Source: Candidatus Arthromitus sp. SFB-rat-Yit
GTDB lineage: Bacteria > Bacillota > Clostridia > Clostridiales > Clostridiaceae
Direction: 5' to 3'
NCBI RefSeq assembly: GCF_000283555.1
Contig: NC_016012.1
Span: 1,206,639 to 1,238,638 of the forward strand
Length of the DNA stretch: 32,000 nt
Below are positions 17,402 through 25,794 of this stretch, one piece after another; within the stretch, counting starts at the first letter, position 1; each line of letters starts with the position of its first letter. A model generated the notes under the pieces. The model had not been told where the DNA came from. It made no database searches and worked only from the letters and a program-made list of their open reading frames with translations. Made by a program: the position numbers and the translations under genes.

Positions 17402-20400
17402 CTACCATTCAAAATTTATTTTTTGAGCTAAATTTTTAAGTTCAGTTTCATTAACCATTCTATCAGCTATAGCTTGAAGAGTTGCAGTAGCTGATCCATA
17501 AACTGCTAATAATTTTTTATATTCTTCAACCCAGAATGCTTTTCCTTGAGTATCAGAATCTCTATTAACTATAGCATTATATAATGCTTCTACTTTAGTT
17601 TCAGCAGTTGTATATATTTTCTCAAATTCTCTCTCATTTATCATATTCAACAAGAATGCTCTTAGAGAAACTCTCTTATTGCTTAAGTTGTCTAAATGGA
17701 ACATATATCCATTTTCATCAGCTGGCCTATTAAATACTACATTATAAACGTTAGCTAAATAGCTTTGTCCTTCATTTGTAGCGTTAATTTTTACATTTTT
17801 AAGGAATAAAGTTCTAGTTCTGTTATTTCTATCATTGTAATTAATACTTATCTCAACGTAATCTTTTCCTGGAACTAGTCCATCAACAACTACTCTTCCA
17901 TTCTCAAATCTAACTTTAACATTTGAGTATTGGTCATTAGTTTCAGTTACAGTTTTACCATCTTTATCTTTATATTTAAATCCAGCAATTGAAGGATTTG
18001 AATTGCTTTCGTGATGGTAAGTTCCTGAAGGTAGAGTCACACTTATTGAATTTGAACCTGTAGTTGAGTTAGTTCCTGTTACATTTACTGTAGTAGAAGA
18101 AGTTGATGAAGAACTACCTGAAGAACCGCCAGATATTGTTCCACTATTTGATGAAGTTGGCTTAGTTGTAACTGTTAAAACATTAGATTCAATCGTATCA
18201 TTATTTAGTGGATCATTTGTTTCATTATAAGTATAAACTGCTACAAATTCATACTTTGTATTAGCCTTTAATCCAGAAACAACCTTAGTTATTACACCAT
18301 CTTTTATATCTTGTGGAATAGCTAAATCAAGTTCTTTATATGGATTATTAGTTCCAGCTTCCCTATAACTAATATAAGCTGCTTTTACACCAGTTGTAGC
18401 ATTTCCAAAGAAATCAGCATCAATTTCTAAAGTAACTGAAGATGATGTTGTACCATATTCATCAATGTATATTGTTATAGGCTGATTGCTTACAATTACT
18501 CCAGCACTATAAGTTCCTTGATATTTTCCTGTACCCACAACATTATTAATTGCATGACTTCCCTCTTTAAATTGATCAAAAGTAACTCTATCACTAGTAA
18601 TAGTATCTACAGTAACTTTACCACCAGTAGGCACAGTAGTTCCAAAACTTGCATCAACTTTAAACTGATCAGTTATATTTTCCATTCCTTGGTTTGTAGC
18701 CTTAACACTTGTTAAATTAACTGATTCAACAGCTCCGCCAGTCAAATCTACTTCTCCTGTCGCAGTTTTATCTCCTATTTTAAGAGTCCAATCAGCATCA
18801 TTATTATTTGGAACTTGTCCATTAAACTGAACATCGAACACTAAATCTTTACCATTACTCTTTGTACTATTAACTGTAGCCTTACCACCATCAACTGTTA
18901 ACAATGCTTTAGTATAATCTGCTGAACCAACAAATTTAGTCAACAACTCAGTACCACCAGGTATTGTAATTTGTCCTTCAGAAGAACTAGTCTTAACAAA
19001 GCTAGCTTGTACAGCAGCACCATCAATCTTATCAGTTGAAATTATTAATGATGTTTTAACAGTACTTGCTAATCCTGGAGTAAACTCTGATTTTACCTGA
19101 GTTGCACCAGCGTCTAATGATTGATTTCCACTTTCAACTTTTGCTTTATCATCAGTATCATTATACTCAAATATAACTGGTATAGCTTGATATCCATGTT
19201 TAAAACTATCTACATTTAATTTAACTTGAGCATTTACATCTATCCCAATAAAGTCCGTTTTTCCATTTTGGATATCTACATAAGCATAAGTAGTAGTACC
19301 ACCACCTGGAACACTAGTTGTTGCTGCAACTGTTACCCCACTAAATGCATCAAAATATACTGCACTACCATGTCCATCTATATTAAACGAATGTTTACCT
19401 ATCAACGCAGTAGCACTCGTAGTAGCATTACCCCCTGCTTGAGGAGCTACAAATCCATAACTTGCCTCAGGTGTAGGAACAAAATTATCTTCAAGAGCTG
19501 TAGCATCATTAGCCAGTTTTGCAGATTCTACAGTAACTGTAACCTCTTTACCTGTTGTAGGATCTATCTTTAATTTTGCTCCCCCAACTTTAGCTGTGTT
19601 ACCTGTAGTTTCTTCCATAACTGTTTGTACATACGTCAACAATGGAGCACTTCCAAGTTGTATTCCATAACTAGACTTATCTTTTTCATGAGTTGGAAGC
19701 GTTGGTGCAGTGGCTTCACCAAAATCAGTTTTTATAGTATCTGCTAAAGTTCCCATATTAGTTGAATCATTAGTAGCAGTAACTCCTTTAATTGAAGAAT
19801 TTTGATCTTCAAATAAAATAATATCTGAAGTTAAAGTATACTGACCGTTTCCATAAGTAACATCTACTTTTATTGTATCATTTAAATCCAAGTTTCCGTT
19901 TTTACCTAACTTTAATAAGCTTACTGTATAATTTCCAGTAGTAGTATCTTTAGTAAGATCAAATCCTTTTGTCGCATCTGTTCCTATATAAGCAGTAACT
20001 TTCTCTGGATTAAAAGTAGTAATATCTTTTGAGCCATTATTAAATTTAAGATTCTTCACTACAAGCTGTCCTGTAGTTATATCAGTATCAAAACTTATAG
20101 TATCGCTTGGTTTCTTAACTAAACTTAAAGTATACTTTTCTGTACTATTATCTTTATAAGTTACAGTAACATCTCCAGTATAAATTCCTGGGTCAGTCAT
20201 TCCACTTACAGTTAATTTTTTTGTAGTACTATCCCAAGCTCCAGTAGCACCATTTCCGTTAGTCTCGATATTTACTCTTTCATCAAAAATTTTATGAGCA
20301 AATGTACCAGCGTCAATCTTATTTACATTATTAAAATCTAAATTCTTAAACGTAACTTCTGCGTTACCATTTGTAGTAACCTCAACAGATGTTTCTAAGT

Positions 20401-20563
20401 ATTTTATTTGCAAAGCATCTAACTTAGCTGCTAAATCTGCACTCAATCTTGAATCTTGAGCGTGTGCTATTACTGCTTGTCTACCTACTGTTCCAACAGT
20501 AACCATTAAAGAATTTATTCCAAGTGCTGCTGCTAAAGCAAGCGCTACTCTTTTTTTATTCAT
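17402..20563 (-). CDS. Large secreted surface protein (candidate S-layer protein) with C-terminal tandem DUF4214-like repeats
   Basis: Start at ATG 20561-20563 (RBS GGAGG). The signal peptide is MNKKRVALALAAALGINSLMVTVGTVGRQAVIAHA-QD. The mature protein is Thr/Gly/Asn/Val-rich with no Cys. It has repeated Ig/FN3-like segments, a Ser/Thr linker, and a C-terminal 120 aa with two [FY]xxxYxxxxxRxxDxxGxxxW-type repeats. Confidence 0.8.
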   Translation of the reverse strand: MNKKRVALALAAALGINSLMVTVGTVGRQAVIAHAQDSRLSADLAAKLDALQIKYLETSVEVTTNGNAEVTFKNLDFNNVNKIDAGTFAHKIFDERVNIETNGNGATGAWDSTTKKLTVSGMTDPGIYTGDVTVTYKDNSTEKYTLSLVKKPSDTISFDTDITTGQLVVKNLKFNNGSKDITTFNPEKVTAYIGTDATKGFDLTKDTTTGNYTVSLLKLGKNGNLDLNDTIKVDVTYGNGQYTLTSDIILFEDQNSSIKGVTATNDSTNMGTLADTIKTDFGEATAPTLPTHEKDKSSYGIQLGSAPLLTYVQTVMEETTGNTAKVGGAKLKIDPTTGKEVTVTVESAKLANDATALEDNFVPTPEASYGFVAPQAGGNATTSATALIGKHSFNIDGHGSAVYFDAFSGVTVAATTSVPGGGTTTYAYVDIQNGKTDFIGIDVNAQVKLNVDSFKHGYQAIPVIFEYNDTDDKAKVESGNQSLDAGATQVKSEFTPGLASTVKTSLIISTDKIDGAAVQASFVKTSSSEGQITIPGGTELLTKFVGSADYTKALLTVDGGKATVNSTKSNGKDLVFDVQFNGQVPNNNDADWTLKIGDKTATGEVDLTGGAVESVNLTSVKATNQGMENITDQFKVDASFGTTVPTGGKVTVDTITSDRVTFDQFKEGSHAINNVVGTGKYQGTYSAGVIVSNQPITIYIDEYGTTSSSVTLEIDADFFGNATTGVKAAYISYREAGTNNPYKELDLAIPQDIKDGVITKVVSGLKANTKYEFVAVYTYNETNDPLNNDTIESNVLTVTTKPTSSNSGTISGGSSGSSSSTSSTTVNVTGTNSTTGSNSISVTLPSGTYHHESNSNPSIAGFKYKDKDGKTVTETNDQYSNVKVRFENGRVVVDGLVPGKDYVEISINYNDRNNRTRTLFLKNVKINATNEGQSYLANVYNVVFNRPADENGYMFHLDNLSNKRVSLRAFLLNMINEREFEKIYTTAETKVEALYNAIVNRDSDTQGKAFWVEEYKKLLAVYGSATATLQAIADRMVNETELKNLAQKINFEW

Positions 20564-21305
20564 ATTATTTTTTTGCCTCCATTTTTTATTTGAAATCAAT
20601 ATTTTCTTATTCTTATGTAAATATTAACTATGCAAGTTGTTCCATAGAAGTTCCAAATCCTTTTTACAAATCATCTTCATACTTCCAAATCCCCAACTAA
20701 AAGTTATATTTTATCATCTATCTACTCATTTGTTAGACTCTGTTTTATCAAAATAATTATAAAAACCTATTTTTTCGCTTGATTATCAATTTTAATAGTT
20801 TAACATTGTTTATTGCTTGTCCATTTACTAAACCTAGCAATGATACACTACCATGTCGAAATTCATTAAAATATCTTGAAAACAAAACTAAATAACTAAA
20901 ATTTCCTATTATTAAAATAATATTTTTTTCGGTTTTATGTCAAACTTTCCAGTAAAAAGATAAAACTTCTCCTCAAAAATTTTATCTGCATTGTTATACA
21001 ATATAAACTTAGAGAATTCTTTCTACATGTTCCCTCCAATTAACTCAAACATAAAGAATTGCATTAATTTTTATAAAATAATAACAATTACATTACAATA
21101 TTACTACATTTTTTATACTAAAGTCAACCTATTTTATAATTATTTTCCTAAAATATATACTTGTTTCCCTATATTTTATAGTAAAATATTTCATATTTCA
21201 TAAACTATAATTGCTCATAATACCCGAAACCTTAAGTTAATTTAACTAAAATTTTATTTATAAAATCTAAAAATGTTATACCATACTAATTTTAAATAAA
21301 ACAAA

Positions 21306-21332
21306 TAGTCATTTGAAAATTTCAAATGACTA
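21306..21332 (-). terminator. Intrinsic terminator at the end of the glycosyltransferase gene
   Basis: A perfect 11-bp stem, TAGTCATTTGA-AAATT-TCAAATGACTA, that includes the stop codon. On the minus strand it is followed by TTTGTTTTATTT. Confidence 0.55.
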
Positions 21333-22313
21333 TACAAACAAAAACAAATTATAAAGATGTCTATACCCAAAATCCATAAGCTTACTTTCTATTATTTTAA
21401 TAAAACCAATCCCACTAAATATTGCAGTTCTACTACTCTCATATTTGAATACATCCTCACCCATAAAACAATTAAAACCATACTCATCTATAAATCTACA
21501 TTTAACATCTGGATAATATCTCTGCATTATATCATTAATAATCATTATAATATCTTTTTCATACACAATAACTATGTTCTCAAAATTTCTTAAAACATTA
21601 TCAAACAAATAAATCAACTTAAGCTCAAAATTTCTATACATCATTTCTAATTTATTCTCAGGATTAAGCGATGTATTTGTTTTATGAACTCTATAATTAT
21701 AAACCACATCAGGTAAATTTCCTATCTTAAACCCTGCATTATGAAATTCAAGATAAATAAGCTTATCCTCAATAATCGAAAACTCCTTCTTAAATGGCAT
21801 AAGTTTTATAAATAAATCACGTCTACCGAATAACCCTCCCCCGTTTATACAAGACCCAGAATATATCCTTAAAAATTGAATATCTTCATTTAGAATTTCA
21901 TAATTAAGAGTTTCCATCATTTTCATATAAAGCTTGCTACCATTACCAAAACTCTTTAAATAACATCCTATAAGATCATAATTACCCTCTTTTAAATACT
22001 TAAGTTGCTTCTCATACCTATAAATCTCATTAATATCATCTCCATCACACCTTGCAATATATTTTCCACGAGAAAGCAAAACTCCAACCTTCATAGCCTC
22101 ACATATTCCACCATTTCTTTTTGTTATAACCCTAATTCTTTCATCCTTTTTTTCATACTCTCTTAAAATATTGTAACTCCTATCTGTAGAACCATCATCA
22201 ACCAAAATTATATCTAAATTAGTATGAGTTTGATTAACAATACTATCAAGTGTATCCCTTAAATAAATTTCATTATTATATACTGGTACAATAACACTTA
22301 TTAAATCCTCCAT
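21330..22313 (-). CDS. Family 2 glycosyltransferase (GT-A fold) with an uncharacterised C-terminal extension of about 110 aa
   Basis: ISVIVPVYNNEIYLRDTLDSIVNQTHTNLDIILVDDGSTD is the canonical GT2 N-terminus, and a DGDD (DxD) motif is present. RBS AAAGGGGA lies 9 nt before the ATG. Confidence 0.85.
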   Translation of the reverse strand: MEDLISVIVPVYNNEIYLRDTLDSIVNQTHTNLDIILVDDGSTDRSYNILREYEKKDERIRVITKRNGGICEAMKVGVLLSRGKYIARCDGDDINEIYRYEKQLKYLKEGNYDLIGCYLKSFGNGSKLYMKMMETLNYEILNEDIQFLRIYSGSCINGGGLFGRRDLFIKLMPFKKEFSIIEDKLIYLEFHNAGFKIGNLPDVVYNYRVHKTNTSLNPENKLEMMYRNFELKLIYLFDNVLRNFENIVIVYEKDIIMIINDIMQRYYPDVKCRFIDEYGFNCFMGEDVFKYESSRTAIFSGIGFIKIIESKLMDFGYRHLYNLFLFV

Positions 22314-22340
22314 AGCACAATGTCCCCTTTTACATAAATT

Positions 22341-22377
22341 AAAAAATAGCTAGAATTTTTTAAAAAAATCCTAGCTA
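22341..22377 (-). terminator. Terminator-like hairpin between the orphan gene and the GT2 gene
   Basis: Minus strand: TAGCTAGGATTTTTTT/AAAAAATTCTAGCTA, a long AT-rich stem with one mismatch, followed by T6. It lies only about 25 nt upstream of the GT2 start. Confidence 0.45.
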
Positions 22378-22482
22378 AATCTATATAAAATCGAATTCAA
22401 ATTTGATATTAATAATTTACGTAAACCATATAAATTCATTTAATTATAATTCGTGATATATCACAAGTCCTAATAAATTAAA

Positions 22483-23379
22483 CTATAAGCTGTTAAACTC
22501 ATCAATATATTTTTCAAGTGCATCTTTATCTTCCCTTTTAAGTGCATACTCACATAAAATCATTAATGTATTCTTACCTATAAAACTATATAAATCTTTA
22601 TTTAAATTAAAATAATTTTTATATTTGTTACTTATATTAAGTGCATATTTTTCTATAACTTCATCCAATTCTTTATTCTTAATTTTAGAATCAAGTATAT
22701 AATACTCCCAAATTGGATTATCATCAAGTATACTTAATCTATCTAATATAAATCCATCAATCTCATTACATTCAATTAATTTTAAATAATCTCTTATCTT
22801 TATAATATTTATCTTAGTATTTACAAAATTCTTATATTCATAATTACTTACTCTATCTTCTAATACGACCTCTTTATTAACTAAATCATTAATAACAAAA
22901 TTTATATTACATGGCACTATCTCTTTTAATATGAAATATAGTTCATTTAATTCTGAATAATCTTCTAAAAAAAATTCATCAGCATTTAATCTTATAGCTA
23001 TTTTATTAGAACAATCATAATTATGCTTAATTGGATATGAGTTAGAACAAATTTTATATAAATTTTTATCCAAAACCTCATCTTTTAAATTAATCTCTAT
23101 TCCATAATTTCTATAATATAAAAGATTCTCTACAAAATAATCAAAATCCTCATATATGTTATAGTATTCAATCAATTCCTCATAATCATCGCCAAAAAAA
23201 TAATCTTTCAAACCATCTGATACTGAATCTATAAGCTTTAACACCTTAATCCTTTTTTGTACTTTTAAAATTAAATTACTATTTATCCTCTCTTTCCCTA
23301 AAAGTTCATCCATTATATAATAGAAAAAATTAATATTCCCTATTAAAAATTTAGAGTAGGCATGTATAAAATCTCCCAA
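22483..23379 (-). CDS. Hypothetical cytoplasmic acidic protein (orphan)
   Basis: TTG start 6 nt after AAGGAG. The 298-aa product has no signal peptide or TM segment, is rich in Asp/Glu/Tyr/Asn, and carries no motif I recognise. Confidence 0.55.
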   Translation of the reverse strand: MGDFIHAYSKFLIGNINFFYYIMDELLGKERINSNLILKVQKRIKVLKLIDSVSDGLKDYFFGDDYEELIEYYNIYEDFDYFVENLLYYRNYGIEINLKDEVLDKNLYKICSNSYPIKHNYDCSNKIAIRLNADEFFLEDYSELNELYFILKEIVPCNINFVINDLVNKEVVLEDRVSNYEYKNFVNTKINIIKIRDYLKLIECNEIDGFILDRLSILDDNPIWEYYILDSKIKNKELDEVIEKYALNISNKYKNYFNLNKDLYSFIGKNTLMILCEYALKREDKDALEKYIDEFNSL

Positions 23380-23482
23380 TTTATTCTCCTTAAAAATTAA
23401 TTCTCCTTATATTAATAGGTATTAACCAATTAAAATATACCCATAATAAAAGGCATGTACCTATGGCACACACCTTTATTAA

Positions 23483-25648
23483 TTACTCTACTCTTAATCC
23501 AAGACTATATAAGAAGTTTCTAGTTTCTGACTCACCAAGCATTCTTTCAGATATAGCCTGCATAGCCGCAGTTCTATCTCCAACTTGTGCAATTGTTTCT
23601 TCTAAAGTCTTAACCCACCAAGCAAGTCCTTCAGAATCTGATGTTCTTCCTGTAACAGATCTATACATACGCTCTACGTACTTAGTATTATCTAAGTTTT
23701 TCTCTTTATATTCTTGTTCGTTAACTATATTAGACGTGAAATAATTAACTGAAAACTCTTGTGAAGAAAGTTTTGATGTCCAATATGCCATTCCATCTGG
23801 ATCACCATCTCTTAAGAAGAATATATTATAGAAACCTTCAATCCACTCTTTTGCATTTGTAATTTTCTTAGTTGTAAATGGCTCTATATCCATAGCTAAC
23901 TCTTGTCCATCTTTAAGCACAACTACTAATTCAAGTCCTTCAGTTAAATTGTTTGGAATTATTCCATATAACTTAACTAAATTCTCTTTAGTATCATAGA
24001 ATGAACTTGCAATTGAATCTCCAACAATTGAAACATCTTTTATAATTCCATTTGGATCATTAAATAATATTTCAAATTCCGCTTTAGTTGGAGTAACATT
24101 CTTAAGTTCAAATGATTTTAATAAATCTCCTTCTTCTCCAGCTGAAGTACCATTTCCAAGTGTTCTTATCGTCATAGGATTTACAGAAATAACATCATAA
24201 TTTGTAAACCTTCTGTTTATATCACCATCTCCAGAGTTAAACGTAACAATTAATTCCGTAAACTTATAATCTGTTCCAGACTTTAACCCTGTTATCAATA
24301 AATCTTTATACTCAGAGGCATTTTTTTGAGGATCCTTTAAAGTATTATCAAGTTTAGCATAAGACTGCATAGATCCAATTTTAGTATCCTCTTTTAAAAT
24401 CTTACCATCATAAAGATTTCCTTCCGAATCCTTTACTTGTATTCTCTTTATTGTATCCTCAGGATCATATAAAGCATCATAAAGTACTACTCCATCCTCC
24501 AAAGGTCTAACGTTAGCATGATTATATCCTTGTGCTTTATCTTCTTCTGAAAATGGACCAATATAACGGATTATATTATCATCAGTTGATACAATCTCAC
24601 CTTTATCATCTACATCAACATTAACAAAATAAGAAACTGTAGGTTTAATTGCTAAAGGATCTAATGGATTTGTATTATCAATATTTATATTCTCTGTTAA
24701 TAGAGGATCTAAATAAGGAATTATTCCTTTTTTACCTTCTATAGCAGTTTGAGTTGATGTTTTTTGAACTACACTCTTGTCCACAAGTGTTGGAAAAATC
24801 AAAGAACCACCAAAAGATATATTAGTTATCTCAGATCCTGTTGGTAATCCATAAATCTTAAAATAAATATTCCCTTCTTTGTCTACAATTTTAGGAGCAT
24901 TATAAACATTTGTATACTGATTTATCTTACCTGTTGTGGTATCCATAACTAAATCCTCAATTGATATCTTTTTAGTTTCAGTTTTAGCACCACTTGTATA
25001 TGTCACATTAAGTGTAAAATCTTTATTCACCAAATTGCCTGACTCATCTTTCATACCAAGTGAATTTTGTATAATTGTCGCAAGAGTTTCTTGTTGAACT
25101 AATTCAATCTGAGAACCCTTTCCACTTGATAAAATATTTAAATTCTTAGTATATTCATTAACAGCTGCATCTATATTAGACTTCAAAGCAGCTTCAACAT
25201 TACCCGAAAACTTAACCTTGATATAAGCATATCCACCTGTTGATTTATCCCTTAAGTACGATTTTTGATAACCTTGCATATCTTCTCTTGCTACAACTGA
25301 AGTATTTCGAATTACCCCACCTTCAACTCCAGTTATTGTTAAAAACTGCTCTTCTGCATTTACTGACGAAGAAGATTTAACAAAATCTTCCGTTCCTTTT
25401 AATGGTAAAACTTCGTTCTCATCATACTTACCATTACCATTAAAATCAACTGCACCTGGATTCGTTCCAGCTGGCAACTCCATGTTTGAAAGGTTAATCG
25501 TAAATTGGCTATCCCCTTCAACATATCTACTTTGCTGTGCTGGTACAGCCCAAGCAAATTTCGAACCGATATGAGTCATCACACCTGAAGCAACAGATAA
25601 AGATAAAAATATCCCGATTAATTTCTTCATAAATTTTTTACTAAACAT
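23483..25648 (-). CDS. Secreted surface protein with C-terminal tandem DUF4214-like repeats (paralogous C-terminus to 17402-20563)
   Basis: RBS AAGGAGGA and signal peptide ..HIGSKFAWA-VP. The mature protein has no Cys. An FN3-like segment precedes the C-terminal 120 aa, WIEGFYNIFFLRDGDPDGMAYW...YVERMYRSVTGRTSDSEGLAWWVKTL... Confidence 0.8.
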   Translation of the reverse strand: MFSKKFMKKLIGIFLSLSVASGVMTHIGSKFAWAVPAQQSRYVEGDSQFTINLSNMELPAGTNPGAVDFNGNGKYDENEVLPLKGTEDFVKSSSSVNAEEQFLTITGVEGGVIRNTSVVAREDMQGYQKSYLRDKSTGGYAYIKVKFSGNVEAALKSNIDAAVNEYTKNLNILSSGKGSQIELVQQETLATIIQNSLGMKDESGNLVNKDFTLNVTYTSGAKTETKKISIEDLVMDTTTGKINQYTNVYNAPKIVDKEGNIYFKIYGLPTGSEITNISFGGSLIFPTLVDKSVVQKTSTQTAIEGKKGIIPYLDPLLTENINIDNTNPLDPLAIKPTVSYFVNVDVDDKGEIVSTDDNIIRYIGPFSEEDKAQGYNHANVRPLEDGVVLYDALYDPEDTIKRIQVKDSEGNLYDGKILKEDTKIGSMQSYAKLDNTLKDPQKNASEYKDLLITGLKSGTDYKFTELIVTFNSGDGDINRRFTNYDVISVNPMTIRTLGNGTSAGEEGDLLKSFELKNVTPTKAEFEILFNDPNGIIKDVSIVGDSIASSFYDTKENLVKLYGIIPNNLTEGLELVVVLKDGQELAMDIEPFTTKKITNAKEWIEGFYNIFFLRDGDPDGMAYWTSKLSSQEFSVNYFTSNIVNEQEYKEKNLDNTKYVERMYRSVTGRTSDSEGLAWWVKTLEETIAQVGDRTAAMQAISERMLGESETRNFLYSLGLRVE

Positions 25649-25794
25649 TTCTTCCTCCTTGAAAGAATTAAATTTTTAAGATTAATCTTTCAAACCGATA
25701 AATTTATAAATCTAAATTCATGTTATGTTCACATAATCGGAATATTTTTATTTTTATTTACTATGTATAGTTATTTTTATTTAATTTTTTATGT

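Noticed and set aside
18518-19573. Plus-strand ORFs 18518-18715 and 19226-19573, lying inside the large surface-protein gene.
   Set aside because: They are antisense shadows of a strongly supported minus-strand CDS. Their translations are Cys/Ser/Ile-rich low-complexity sequence, with no RBS and no recognisable motif.
20571-20577. The A7 homopolymer between the RBS and the ATG of the surface-protein gene, considered as a phase-variation tract.
   Set aside because: Runs of 7-9 A or T are common throughout this window (for example 4711-4718 and 8927-8935). The tract is not unusually long, and nothing indicates slippage.
20991-21203. A 70-aa plus-strand ORF in the long intergenic region.
   Set aside because: It is a low-complexity Ile/Asn/Tyr/Phe translation typical of random AT-rich DNA. 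It has no Shine-Dalgarno sequence upstream, so I treat the region as non-coding.
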